Assembly (NCBI GenBank): GCA_017558775.1
Contig: JAFYTP010000075.1
Coordinates: 2,228 to 66,227, forward strand
Reading direction: 5' to 3'
DNA length: 64,000 bases
Source of the DNA: Bacteroidales bacterium
GTDB lineage: Bacteria; Bacteroidota; Bacteroidia; Bacteroidales; UBA932
This document shows positions 1 to 9,110 of the stretch, piece after piece (within the stretch, counting starts at the first letter, position 1; each line of letters opens with the position of its first letter). A model generated the notes under the pieces. The model was not told the origin of the DNA and searched no databases. It saw only the letters and a program-made list of their open reading frames with translations. The position numbers and the translations under genes were made by a program.

Positions 1-2
1 GG

Positions 3-839
3 CCGGACGTAGACCCGTACATCGACCGAGGCTATATCCCCTTAGGCTGGTTCGCGCAGGATTTCTCCGGGGACAACTCCGTGTCGCATGCCCTCGAGTA
101 TTACATGGCCGATGCGGCCCTTGCCCGCCTGGCCACGGCTCTCGGGCATCCCGAGGATGCCGCCAAGTTCCGTCAGCGTTCATTGGGCTACAAGAACTAC
201 TGGTCTGCCGAATATGGCTGTCTGCGACCGCTTCAGAAAGACGGCACGTTCCTCACGCCGTTCAATCCCCGTCAGGGTGAAAACTTCGAGGCCGTGCCCG
301 GCTTCCACGAAGGCAGTGCCTGGAACTACACCTTCTATGTCCCGCACGACGTAGACGGCCTGATCCGCCTTGCAGGCGGCTCCAAGGCCTTTGTCATGAG
401 CCTCAACCGGGTGTTCGACGAAGGTCTGTACGACCCTGCAAATGAGCCGGATATCGCTTACCCGTACCTGTACAGTCGCGTGAAGGGCGAAGCCTGGCGT
501 ACCTGGAGCACGGTGCACGACCTACTGGCCAAGCACTATCATAATGCCCCGAACGGCATCCCCGGCAATGACGACACCGGCACGATGTCGGCCTGGGCCG
601 TCTTCTCGATGATGGGCTTCTACCCCGACTGCCCGGGCGACCCCTCCTACACCCTCACCCTCCCGGTCTTCGACCGCATCGACATCGACCTCTCCTCCGG
701 CAAGACCCTGACCATCCTCAAATCCCCCAAGGCCAAACCCACCAAAGGCACCACCGTCAAACTCGGCTCCCGCAAACTCTCCACCACCCGCATCTCCCAC
801 GACACCCTCGTGAACGCCGGCACTATCAAGTGGCAGTAG
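3..839 (+). CDS. GH92 alpha-mannosidase, C-terminal part (5' end outside window)
   Basis: Frame is open from position 3 (PDVDPYIDRGYIP...). GH92 motifs FHEGSAWNYTF, NEPD and GNDDTGTMSAW. Confidence 0.9.
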   Translation, partial: PDVDPYIDRGYIPLGWFAQDFSGDNSVSHALEYYMADAALARLATALGHPEDAAKFRQRSLGYKNYWSAEYGCLRPLQKDGTFLTPFNPRQGENFEAVPGFHEGSAWNYTFYVPHDVDGLIRLAGGSKAFVMSLNRVFDEGLYDPANEPDIAYPYLYSRVKGEAWRTWSTVHDLLAKHYHNAPNGIPGNDDTGTMSAWAVFSMMGFYPDCPGDPSYTLTLPVFDRIDIDLSSGKTLTILKSPKAKPTKGTTVKLGSRKLSTTRISHDTLVNAGTIKWQ

Positions 840-1157
840 TTATGTTCTGGAGAATTTGACGATTTCAATATCTCTCCCGAGCGCATTCAGCAGGCGGCAA
901 TAGGCCCCGATGCTGGGAAGGATATTTCCATGCTCCACTTTTGAGATATAGCTTTTGGAGGTTCCGACACGCCGGGCCAGTTCCAGTTGCGTAACCTTGG
1001 CTTCCCTCCGAGTATCGCGAAGTGCTTGACCGAAGTAGAAAGAATATGCCTCTTCTTCAAACCTGGTTCGCTCCGGCGATCCGGGTTTTCCATATTTCGA
1101 GTCCAGCACAGCATCATAACTGCGCACCCGGTAATCATTAACGTGTTCTTCCATCAT
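840..1157 (-). CDS. XRE/HigA-type HTH antitoxin
   Basis: Cro/C1 HTH (VTQLELARRVGTSKSYISKVEHG) and the YGKPGSPERTRFEEEA segment typical of Bacteroidetes HigA-like proteins. Overlaps the 3' end of the toxin gene. Confidence 0.85.
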   Translation of the reverse strand: MMEEHVNDYRVRSYDAVLDSKYGKPGSPERTRFEEEAYSFYFGQALRDTRREAKVTQLELARRVGTSKSYISKVEHGNILPSIGAYCRLLNALGRDIEIVKFSRT

Positions 1158-1470
1158 ATTCCTTCTTTATCCGTTTTGCCTTTTCAATCTCCTTCTTGGG
1201 CGTCTTCTGCCCTTTCTTCTGAAAGCCATTGAACAAGACGACAATATCGTTACCATCAAAGATGAAGAATGTCCGATAGATATTCCCTTCAAATTCAGTC
1301 CTAAGTTCGAACAAACCCTCTTCTATCTACTTCATATGTTTGGACGGCAAACGGTCCATTGTCCGTAACAGGGCCAATCCATAATCAATCTTCTGTACAA
1401 CCCGTTCAGGCAAGCTCCCGATAAAAGCTTCGAAATAGCCTCCGAATGTGACAATCTTTCTGTTTGCCAT
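1138..1470 (-). pseudogene. RelE/ParE (HigB/Gp49-like) toxin with an in-frame TAG at codon 48
   Basis: Manual translation: MANRKIVTFGGYFEAFIGSLPERVVQKIDYGLALLRTMDRLPSKHMK*IEEGLFELRTEFEGNIYRTFFIFDGNDIVVLFNGFQKKGQKTPKKEIEKAKRIKKEYDGRTR. The stop is at 1327-1329. GLFELR and FQKK.QKTP are Gp49/HigB hallmarks. Not in the ORF track. Confidence 0.85.
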
Positions 1471-1507
1471 GGCAAAAATAGCAAAAGTTATCAGATATTG
1501 CAACTTT

Positions 1508-1873
1508 TCAAGATTTCAAACTAGAATAATCTTCTATCCGACTAGATAGACAATCGTCCAGGAGTTCGGCAAATAGGCTTCGAGAATACAGGATTCCAGC
1601 GTTAGAGAAGAGGGCGTTCGCTTCATCCGTGGGGAGGAAGAATCCTCCTTCTGCGGTAAAGACGTAAATATCAAAAGCGTAGAAGTCTTTCCCTTCCGGG
1701 CCGTCGGTGATGCCACCGCAGACGGCAATTGAGGTCATTTCCGGGCGAGAGAGACGAACAAGGTTGAAGATGTGGTAGATCTTCTCGTAGCAGCTTTCCA
1801 AGGGGGTGGTGCGCCCGGCAGGGCGGACATCCAAATCATCGCACAAAAAGGCGGCAGGTTCAAATTGGATCAT
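1508..1873 (-). pseudogene. Rnl2-family RNA ligase-like fragment (121 aa), probably degenerate
   Basis: ATG at 1873 in an A-rich context. FYAFDIYV...LPTDEANALF...YSRSLF...LDDCL resembles the motif IIIa region of Bacteroidetes Rnl2 ligases (recalled). Motifs I, IV and V are not seen. Confidence 0.45.
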
Positions 1874-1926
1874 AGTTTCTTTTGTTTTCCGCAAAGTTCG
1901 GGAAGGGAAAGGAAGGAGACGGTATG

Positions 1927-1968
1927 ATTGCAAGGCTTGCAATGTCGGATTTCCTGCAAGGCTTGCAG
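1927..1968. promoter_or_regulatory. Twin palindromic operator-like sites (core TGCAAG-G-CTTGCA)
   Basis: ATTGCAAGGCTTGCAAT at 1927-1943 and CTGCAAGGCTTGCAG at 1954-1968, centres 26 bp apart, between divergent genes. Confidence 0.6.
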
Positions 1969-2011
1969 ACTTTTTGAGGACGGACCGCGAAAAATGCGTA
2001 TCTTCGTAGGT

Positions 2012-2590
2012 ATGATTGGGCTTGAGGCGAAGATATGGCTTCGGCATTGTCTGGAGGGCGGAATGCTGGAAGACCCGGCCGTGGATTATCTGGCCGGGCG
2101 GGTGGACGAGATGGATGCGGCGGCCTTGCTGGAGGCGATGAGCCTCATCCGGAAGCGGCTTTCGGAATTGGACGTACTGGAGGGGATGGACGATGGAGAA
2201 AGGATCCTCGTGACCAAGGACTACCGGATCATCCTTCCCGACCGGTTCGACACGGAAATCCGGATGCGTCCCCTCGTGAAGACGGTCTTCCTGCTGTTTC
2301 TCCGGCATCCGGAAGGCCTCCGATTCGGGGACCTGCAGGACTATCGGGCGGAGTTAATGGACCTATACCAGGGCATCACCCGGCGGGCCAGCGGACCGGA
2401 AATGGAGCGCAGCATCGACCGGCTCATCGACCCCAAGGACAACTCCATCCACGAGAAGGCGGCGAACCTGGCGGCCGCCCTCGCCCGGTACTTCCGGCCC
2501 GAGTCTCTGCCGGCATACAAGCTTACCGGGAAGGCCGGAGCCCCGAAACGCATCCGGCTGGACCGCAGGCTCGTTGAATGGGAACGATAA
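2012..2590 (+). CDS. Conserved Bacteroidales hypothetical protein, putative winged-helix DNA-binding domain
   Basis: Family motifs TKDYRIILPD, MRPLVKTVFLLFLRHPEG, NSIHEK and GKAGAPKRIRLDRRLVEW. Start taken as ATG 2012, after TTTG (1973-1976) and TATCTTCG (1999-2006). Confidence 0.7.
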   Translation: MIGLEAKIWLRHCLEGGMLEDPAVDYLAGRVDEMDAAALLEAMSLIRKRLSELDVLEGMDDGERILVTKDYRIILPDRFDTEIRMRPLVKTVFLLFLRHPEGLRFGDLQDYRAELMDLYQGITRRASGPEMERSIDRLIDPKDNSIHEKAANLAAALARYFRPESLPAYKLTGKAGAPKRIRLDRRLVEWER

Positions 2591-2599
2591 CCACATGAT

Positions 2600-4018
2600 A
2601 TGAAACCACAAGCACTGTTTCTGTTTTTTTTGACCTTGGTCGCCTGCTCGCCTAAGCAGGATAAAACGACGAAACTCTATACAGATCGTCCTCCGGTCGA
2701 GGAACGCGCGTTTGTCTCGCATGCCATCGATTCCGTGACGGAGGCCGTCGTCGCGCAGATCACGCATCCCAAAATCGCGGAAATGTTCCGGAAATGCTTC
2801 CCGAACACCCTGGACACCACCGTCCATTATTCCGAGGATGAGGACGGCCAGCCCGACACCTATGTCTATACCGGCGACATTCCGGCGATGTGGCTCCGGG
2901 ACTCTGGCGCCCAGGTCTGGCCCTATGTGGATTATGCCGATAAGGACGAAGACCTCCGTAAGATGATTGCCGGCGTCATCAACCGCCAGTTCAAGTGCAT
3001 CCTCATCGACCCGTACGCGAACGCCTTCAATGTCGAACCCGTCGGTCCGGCCGATGATACCGATCTCCCGAAGACCAGCCCGTACGTGTTCGAGCGCAAA
3101 TGGGAGATTGACTCGCATTGTTATCCGGTGCGCCTTGCTTATGCTTATTGGAAGAAGACTGGAGACACCTCCGTCTTCGGTGAACGCTGGCTGCAAGTGG
3201 CGAAAACCATCCTTGCCACCTTCAAGGAGCAGCAGCGGAAGAAAGGTCACGGCAGTTACACGTTCTTGCGCGTGACCGACCGCCAGTTGGACACCAAGTG
3301 CGTGGTGGGCCGGGGCAATCCGGTGAAACCCGTCGGCCTCATCGCATCGGCCTTCCGCCCGTCCGACGACGCCACCACCTTCGAGTTCCACATCCCCTCC
3401 AACTTTATGGCCGTCATGACGTTACGGAAGATGGCGGAGATTTTGACGGTCGTCAACGACGAGCCGGAACTCGCCGAAGAATGCCTCCGCCTCGCCGAGG
3501 AAGTGGACGAGGCTCTGCACTTGTATGCCGTCACACAGGTCGAATGTTCCGGTCCGTTCTATGTATATGAGGTCGATGGATTCGGCTCCCAACAGATTAT
3601 GGACGATGCCAATGTCCCCTCCCTCCTGTCCCTGGGCTACCTGGATCCGGAGATGTTCAATGATCCCGTTTACCTGAACACCCGCAGGATGGTCTGGAGT
3701 ACGAGCAACCCCTATTTCTTTGATGGGAAGGCCGGAGCGGGCATCGGAGGGCCCCACATCGGCACGGAGAACATTTGGCCGATGTCCATTATGATGAAGG
3801 CCTTCACGGCGCAGAGCGACGGTGAAATCTCCAGCTGCATCTATCAGCTGATCAACACCGACGCCGGCACCGGCTTCATGCACGAGTCCTTCCAGAAGGA
3901 CGATGCCGACGACTACACCCGTCCCTGGTTCGCCTGGGCGAACACCCTGTTCGGCGAACTTATCGTCAAACTCGTGAACGACGGGAAACTCGATCTCCTC
4001 AACAGTCTGCCCGAATGA
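2600..4018 (+). CDS. GH125 exo-alpha-1,6-mannosidase, lipoprotein
   Basis: Motifs TGDIPAMWLRDS, ERKWEIDS, MDDANVPSLL, GIGGPH and MHESF...FAWAN. Lipobox LVAC. Confidence 0.93.
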   Translation: MKPQALFLFFLTLVACSPKQDKTTKLYTDRPPVEERAFVSHAIDSVTEAVVAQITHPKIAEMFRKCFPNTLDTTVHYSEDEDGQPDTYVYTGDIPAMWLRDSGAQVWPYVDYADKDEDLRKMIAGVINRQFKCILIDPYANAFNVEPVGPADDTDLPKTSPYVFERKWEIDSHCYPVRLAYAYWKKTGDTSVFGERWLQVAKTILATFKEQQRKKGHGSYTFLRVTDRQLDTKCVVGRGNPVKPVGLIASAFRPSDDATTFEFHIPSNFMAVMTLRKMAEILTVVNDEPELAEECLRLAEEVDEALHLYAVTQVECSGPFYVYEVDGFGSQQIMDDANVPSLLSLGYLDPEMFNDPVYLNTRRMVWSTSNPYFFDGKAGAGIGGPHIGTENIWPMSIMMKAFTAQSDGEISSCIYQLINTDAGTGFMHESFQKDDADDYTRPWFAWANTLFGELIVKLVNDGKLDLLNSLPE

Positions 4019-6294
4019 AAAAATTACTGATACTCACCGCCTTCCTTGTGGCTGCATGCACAAATCAAAGCCGCGAAGGACTTGTCAACAACCCCGTGGA
4101 TTACGTGTCCACCCTCGTGGGCACCCAGTCCGATTTCACCCTTTCCACAGGCAACACCTATCCCGCCATCGCCCTGCCCTGGGGCATGAATTTCTGGAGC
4201 CCGCAGACGGGCGAGAACGGGGACGGATGGGCCTATACCTACGACGCCCATCACATCCGGGGCTTCAAGCAGACGCACCAGCCATCACCGTGGATCAATG
4301 ACTACGGCGCCTTCTCCCTGATGCCGGTACGGGATGCCTCCAAGCCCGGCGAGGATGAGCGTGCCAGCATCTTCTCCCACCAGAGCGAGATCGCAAAGCC
4401 TTATTACTACAGCGTTTACCTCGCGGACCACGACATCAAGACCGAAATCACCCCGACCGAACGGGCGGCCGTGATGCGCTTCACTTTCCCGGACAGCGAG
4501 ACTTCCGGCGTGGTCATCGATGCATACAAAGGCGGTTCTTACGTGAAGGTCCTCAAGGACAATCACACCGTCGTCGGCTACTGCACCAACAACCACGGCG
4601 GCGTGGTGGGAGACTTCAAGAACTGGTTCATCGTCCGGTTCGACAAGGAAATCGCGTCCTTCGACATTTACAACGGCAGTGCGCTGGAGTACCCGGAAGA
4701 CCGTCCCCGCGAGCACGCGATCGCCGTCGTGAAATTCGCCACCGTCCGGGGGGAGAAGGTCCATGCCCGCGTGGCCTCCTCCTTCGTCTCCGCCGAGCAA
4801 GCCGAGCGCAACCTCGCCGAGGTGGGCGACCGCTCCTTCGATGAGGTTTGTGTCGATGCCAAAGCCCGCTGGAACGACATCCTGGGCCGGATCGCCGTCA
4901 GCGGCGGCACCGTCGACCAGTATCGGACCTTCTACTCCTGCCTGTACCGCAGCGTCCTGTTCCCCAGGAAGTTGTATGAAATCGACGCCAACGGGGAGCC
5001 GGTCCATTACAGCCCCTACAACGGCAAGGTCGAGAAAGGTTACCTTTACACCGACTCCGGCTTCTGGGACACCTTCCGCGCCCTGTTCCCGCTGCTGAAC
5101 CTGGTCTATCCCGATGTCAATGCCGAGATCCAGGCCGGTTATGCCAATGTCGCCCGCGAGAACGACTTCCTGCCGGAATGGGCATCCCCGGGCCACCGCG
5201 GCTGCATGGTGGGTAACAACTCTGCTTCGGTCGTGGCCGATGCTGTCGTGAAGGGTGTGAATACCAAGGACTTGGAAATCCTGTACAACTGTATCCAATA
5301 CGGGACGGAGAACGTCCACCCGACCGTCAGTTCCACCGGACGCCTGGGACACGAATATTATAACACCCTGGGCTATGTTCCTTGCGATGTGGGCATTAAC
5401 GAAAGTGCCGCCCGCACCCTGGAATACGCTTATGACGACTGGTGCATCCTCCAGCTCGCGAAGATCCTCGGCCGCCCGCAGGAGGAACTGGACGAATGGG
5501 CCGCCCGTGCCAACAATTGGAAAAACATCTATAGTGCTGAGGACCGCTTGATGCGCGGCCGGAATGCCGACGGCACCTTCCAGAGCCCCTTCAGCCCCTA
5601 CAAATGGGGTGGTGACTTTACCGAAGGCAATGCCTGGCACTACACCTGGTCCGTCTTCCACGATGTCCAGGGCCTGGTCGATGCCATGGGCGGCGAGGCC
5701 TCGTTCGTCGAGATGCTCGATTCCGTCTTCGTGGTTCCGCCCATTTATGACGACAGTTACTACGGCGGCCGCATCCACGAGATCGCCGAGATGCAGGTGG
5801 CCGATATGGGCAATTACGCCCATGGCAACCAGCCGGCACAGCACATGCTCTACCTCTATGATTGGTCCGGACAGCCCTGGAAGGGCCAGCAGCACATCCG
5901 GGAGACGATGGGCCGCCTGTACCGCGCCACGCCGGACGGCTACTGCGGCGACGAGGACAACGGCCAGACATCGGCCTGGTACGTCTTCTCCGCCCTGGGT
6001 TTCTATCCCGTCTGCCCCGCCAGCACGCAGTATGCGCTGGGCACTCCGCTATTCAAGAAGGCGGTCGTGACGCGCCCGGACGGCGTGCAGTTCACCATCG
6101 ACGCTCCGGACAACAGTGCCGATGCCTTCTACGTACAGTCGCTCCGGCTGAACGGGAAGGATTGGACGCATAACTATGTGGAACACGGCGACTTGGTCAA
6201 GGGCGCCAAGCTCCGCTTCAGCATGGGCACGGAACCGGCCAAGGACCGTGGAACGCAGGCCGAAGACAAACCTTATTCATTCAGTCAGGAATAA
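4015..6294 (+). CDS. GH92 alpha-mannosidase, lipoprotein
   Basis: Motifs [41 protein letters not shown] and [11 protein letters not shown]. Confidence 0.93.
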   Translation: MKKLLILTAFLVAACTNQSREGLVNNPVDYVSTLVGTQSDFTLSTGNTYPAIALPWGMNFWSPQTGENGDGWAYTYDAHHIRGFKQTHQPSPWINDYGAFSLMPVRDASKPGEDERASIFSHQSEIAKPYYYSVYLADHDIKTEITPTERAAVMRFTFPDSETSGVVIDAYKGGSYVKVLKDNHTVVGYCTNNHGGVVGDFKNWFIVRFDKEIASFDIYNGSALEYPEDRPREHAIAVVKFATVRGEKVHARVASSFVSAEQAERNLAEVGDRSFDEVCVDAKARWNDILGRIAVSGGTVDQYRTFYSCLYRSVLFPRKLYEIDANGEPVHYSPYNGKVEKGYLYTDSGFWDTFRALFPLLNLVYPDVNAEIQAGYANVARENDFLPEWASPGHRGCMVGNNSASVVADAVVKGVNTKDLEILYNCIQYGTENVHPTVSSTGRLGHEYYNTLGYVPCDVGINESAARTLEYAYDDWCILQLAKILGRPQEELDEWAARANNWKNIYSAEDRLMRGRNADGTFQSPFSPYKWGGDFTEGNAWHYTWSVFHDVQGLVDAMGGEASFVEMLDSVFVVPPIYDDSYYGGRIHEIAEMQVADMGNYAHGNQPAQHMLYLYDWSGQPWKGQQHIRETMGRLYRATPDGYCGDEDNGQTSAWYVFSALGFYPVCPASTQYALGTPLFKKAVVTRPDGVQFTIDAPDNSADAFYVQSLRLNGKDWTHNYVEHGDLVKGAKLRFSMGTEPAKDRGTQAEDKPYSFSQE

Positions 6295-6295
6295 T

Positions 6296-7285
6296 ATGAA
6301 GATCTATGGAAAACCGCTCCCGGGCATGCCCTGGGAGGAGAAACCGGCAGGATGCAAGGACGTCCTGTGGCGTTATTCGAAGAATCCCGTGATTCCGAGA
6401 GACTTGCTCCCGGACAGCAACAGCATATTCAACAGCGCGGTGGTCCCGTTCAAGGACGGTTTCGCCGGGGTGTTCCGCTGCGACGACAAGAACCGGCGGA
6501 TGACCCTGCACGTGGGCTTCTCTAAGGACGGAATCAAGTGGGACATCAGGCCGGAGACCCTCAAGTTCTCCTGCGACATTCCCGAGGTGGCCGAATGGGT
6601 CTACGGGTATGACCCGCGGGTGGCGGAAATCGACGGCCGCTACTACGTGACTTGGTGTAACGGCTATCATGGCCCCACCATCGGCGTGGCCTGGACCGAC
6701 GATTTTGAGACCTTCCATCAGGTCGAGAACGCTTTCTTGCCGTATAACCGCAACGGCGTGCTGTTCCCGCGGAAAATCAACGGCCGGTTTGCGATGCTGT
6801 CCCGCCCGTCCGACACGGGTCACACCGCCTTCGGCGACATTTTCTACAGCGAATCCCCGGACCTGGAGTTCTGGGGGCACCATCGACATGTCATGGCGCC
6901 GGCGCCCTTCGAGGTCAGCGCTTGGCAGTGCATGAAGATAGGCGCGGGCCCTGTGCCCATCGAGACATCCGAAGGCTGGCTGCTCATCTATCACGGCGTC
7001 CTCCGCTCCTGCAACGGCTATGTCTATGCGTTCGGCAGTGCCCTGTTGGACCTCAACGAGCCCTGGAAGGTCCTCGCCCGCAGCGGACAATACCTCATCA
7101 GCCCGCGGGAAATCTACGAACTGACGGGCGACGTACCGGATGTGACTTTCCCTTGCGCCTCCCTGTACGACCCGGAGACCGGCCGTATCGCTGTGTACTA
7201 TGGTTGTGCCGATACCGTCACCGGCCTCGCGTTCGGCTACATCCCTGAAATCATCGACTTTACCAAACGCACCAATATCCTGTAA
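6296..7285 (+). CDS. GH130 mannoside phosphorylase (UhgbMP/BT1033-like; beta-1,4-mannosyl-GlcNAc or manno-oligosaccharide phosphorylase)
   Basis: Motifs [46 protein letters not shown] and YYGCADT. Start at ATG 6296, no signal peptide. Confidence 0.92.
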   Translation: MKIYGKPLPGMPWEEKPAGCKDVLWRYSKNPVIPRDLLPDSNSIFNSAVVPFKDGFAGVFRCDDKNRRMTLHVGFSKDGIKWDIRPETLKFSCDIPEVAEWVYGYDPRVAEIDGRYYVTWCNGYHGPTIGVAWTDDFETFHQVENAFLPYNRNGVLFPRKINGRFAMLSRPSDTGHTAFGDIFYSESPDLEFWGHHRHVMAPAPFEVSAWQCMKIGAGPVPIETSEGWLLIYHGVLRSCNGYVYAFGSALLDLNEPWKVLARSGQYLISPREIYELTGDVPDVTFPCASLYDPETGRIAVYYGCADTVTGLAFGYIPEIIDFTKRTNIL

Positions 7286-9055
7286 ATGCTCACAGCACTC
7301 CTCGCCCTAGCCCTTCAGGCTCTCCCGCTCCCCCGGATGGTGGACATCCCGGCGGGAACCTTCTGGATGGGAACTGACAACCCTCCCATGGAAGACTGGG
7401 ACGAAGCTCCGCGGAGGGAGGTGAAGGTCGATGCGTTCCGCATGAGCGCAACGGAGATAACGAACGCGCAGTACGAGGCGTTTGACCCGACGCACAAGCG
7501 GGGCGAGCAAGGCTTTTCCACCGAGGACGACGAGGCTGTGATCATGGTGTCCTGGGACGATGCCAGGGCCTACTGTCGATGGCTCTCCGAGCAGACCGGG
7601 AAACATTACCGCCTGCCCACCGAAGCGGAGTGGGAGTATGCCTGCCGGGCTGGAACCACGACGGCCTACAACACCGGCGACACCTTCCCGGAAAACCAGT
7701 GGAAGGTGCAGAAGAACACCCGCGACAAAGAGTACGTATCCCTGCAAGTAGCTCAATTCGAGCCTAATGCGTGGGGGCTGTATGATATGCACGGGAATGT
7801 GGAAGAGTGGTGCAACGATTACTATGGGGACACGGATTTCCGTTCCGTCCGCGGCGGAAGCCACAACACACCGGTTCGGTACCTGCGCAGTGCCAACCGA
7901 AGCGCTTCCGTGCCCGAAGACCGCTCCGTCCTGCTGGGATTCCGCGTGGTGGAGCACCCCCGGGAAACAATTCGAGTCTGCGGAGGGCTTGCCAGACATC
8001 AGCCCGCTTGGGCAAAGATGGCCAAACGCATCCGGAAACCGGTCTTCCTGGAGCCCATTCCCTACATCCTTCCCCCGACGGACAGTCTGACGCCTTTCTA
8101 TGCCCATAACCACCAGCCTGCCGTCGCCTGGACCGGAGAAGGAAACACTCGCTCCCTCGACTTGCTCGCCATCTGGTTCTCTACGGATGCCGAAGCCGGA
8201 CGGGAGATGGTCGTCCTGCAGTCCCGCTTCAAGAATGGACAATGGGAACCAGCGACACTATTCTACAAAGTTCCGGACCGGAACATGACAGGAAGCGCCC
8301 TGCTTACCCTGAAGGATGGAAGACTGCTTCATTTCAACGGCATCAGCGATGCCGGCGAGTGGAAAGATCTCGCCCTGGGCATGCGGGAAAGCACAGACGG
8401 AGGCTGGCATTGGTCCCCTACCGAACTCATCGAACCGGAACACCGGGTCCGCCACCAGGTAATCGCCGGGCCCATCGTCACGAAGGACGGACGTATCCTG
8501 CTTTGCTGCGACGCCGGACCGGACGGCGAGGCGGGAACCGCCTTGCACGTGTCCAAGGACGGCGGGAAGACCTGGGAGGACACCGGCGGCAAGATTGCCG
8601 GCATCCACGCGGGCATCGTGGAGCGCAAGGACGGCTCCCTGATGGCCTTCGGGCGGGGCAATGCCATCGACGGTCACATGCCTTGCAGCATTTCCTATGA
8701 CGGCGGGTACACATGGACCTATACCGCCACGGAGTTCCCGCCCATCGGCAGCGGCCAGCGACTGGTGCTCAAGCGGTTGCAGGAAGGGCCGATCATGTTG
8801 TGCTCCTTCGGGGAAAACGGCCTGTTCGTGGCACTCAGCTACGACGAAGGCGCCACCTGGCCCGTGAAGAAACTCCTCACGGACGGAAAGACGCGCGTGC
8901 TGGACGGCGGTGCCTGGACCGGCACTTTCACGATGGACGCGACCCACGCCGAGCCTAAGGGCTACCTCGCTTGCACCCAGACTCCCGACGGGATGATCCA
9001 CCTCCTCTCCAGCCGGGTCCACTACCGCTTCAACCTGAAGTGGATTGTACAATAA
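7286..9055 (+). CDS. FGE-sulfatase (SUMF1)-like domain fused to a BNR/Asp-box beta-propeller (sialidase-like fold)
   Basis: RLPTEAEWEYACRAG, PNAWGLYDMHGNVEEW, RGGS and GFRVV, then Asp-boxes STDGGWHW, SKDGGKTW, SYDGGYTW and SYDEGATW. Confidence 0.85.
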   Translation: MLTALLALALQALPLPRMVDIPAGTFWMGTDNPPMEDWDEAPRREVKVDAFRMSATEITNAQYEAFDPTHKRGEQGFSTEDDEAVIMVSWDDARAYCRWLSEQTGKHYRLPTEAEWEYACRAGTTTAYNTGDTFPENQWKVQKNTRDKEYVSLQVAQFEPNAWGLYDMHGNVEEWCNDYYGDTDFRSVRGGSHNTPVRYLRSANRSASVPEDRSVLLGFRVVEHPRETIRVCGGLARHQPAWAKMAKRIRKPVFLEPIPYILPPTDSLTPFYAHNHQPAVAWTGEGNTRSLDLLAIWFSTDAEAGREMVVLQSRFKNGQWEPATLFYKVPDRNMTGSALLTLKDGRLLHFNGISDAGEWKDLALGMRESTDGGWHWSPTELIEPEHRVRHQVIAGPIVTKDGRILLCCDAGPDGEAGTALHVSKDGGKTWEDTGGKIAGIHAGIVERKDGSLMAFGRGNAIDGHMPCSISYDGGYTWTYTATEFPPIGSGQRLVLKRLQEGPIMLCSFGENGLFVALSYDEGATWPVKKLLTDGKTRVLDGGAWTGTFTMDATHAEPKGYLACTQTPDGMIHLLSSRVHYRFNLKWIVQ

Positions 9056-9110
9056 TCCCCTTGCAAAGCCGGTCGAATCTTCGTAAATTTACACGATTAA
9101 CCGCATCGAC

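Noticed and set aside
1327-1329. TAG as recoding, pyrrolysine or programmed readthrough
   Set aside because: TAG terminates several ordinary genes in the window and no pyl genes are seen. A nonsense mutation is simpler.
1928-2011. Upstream ORF-track starts (also 6176, 12537, 36653, 50481, 55984)
   Set aside because: The extensions overlap promoters, repeats or neighbouring genes, and downstream ATGs fit the family N-termini better.
7950-8170. Odd linker peptides in the FGE/BNR protein (HPRETIRVCGGLARHQP, GEGNTRSL) and loop inserts in manA and the methyltransferase as further element insertions
   Set aside because: No convincing inverted repeats or core similarity could be found by eye.
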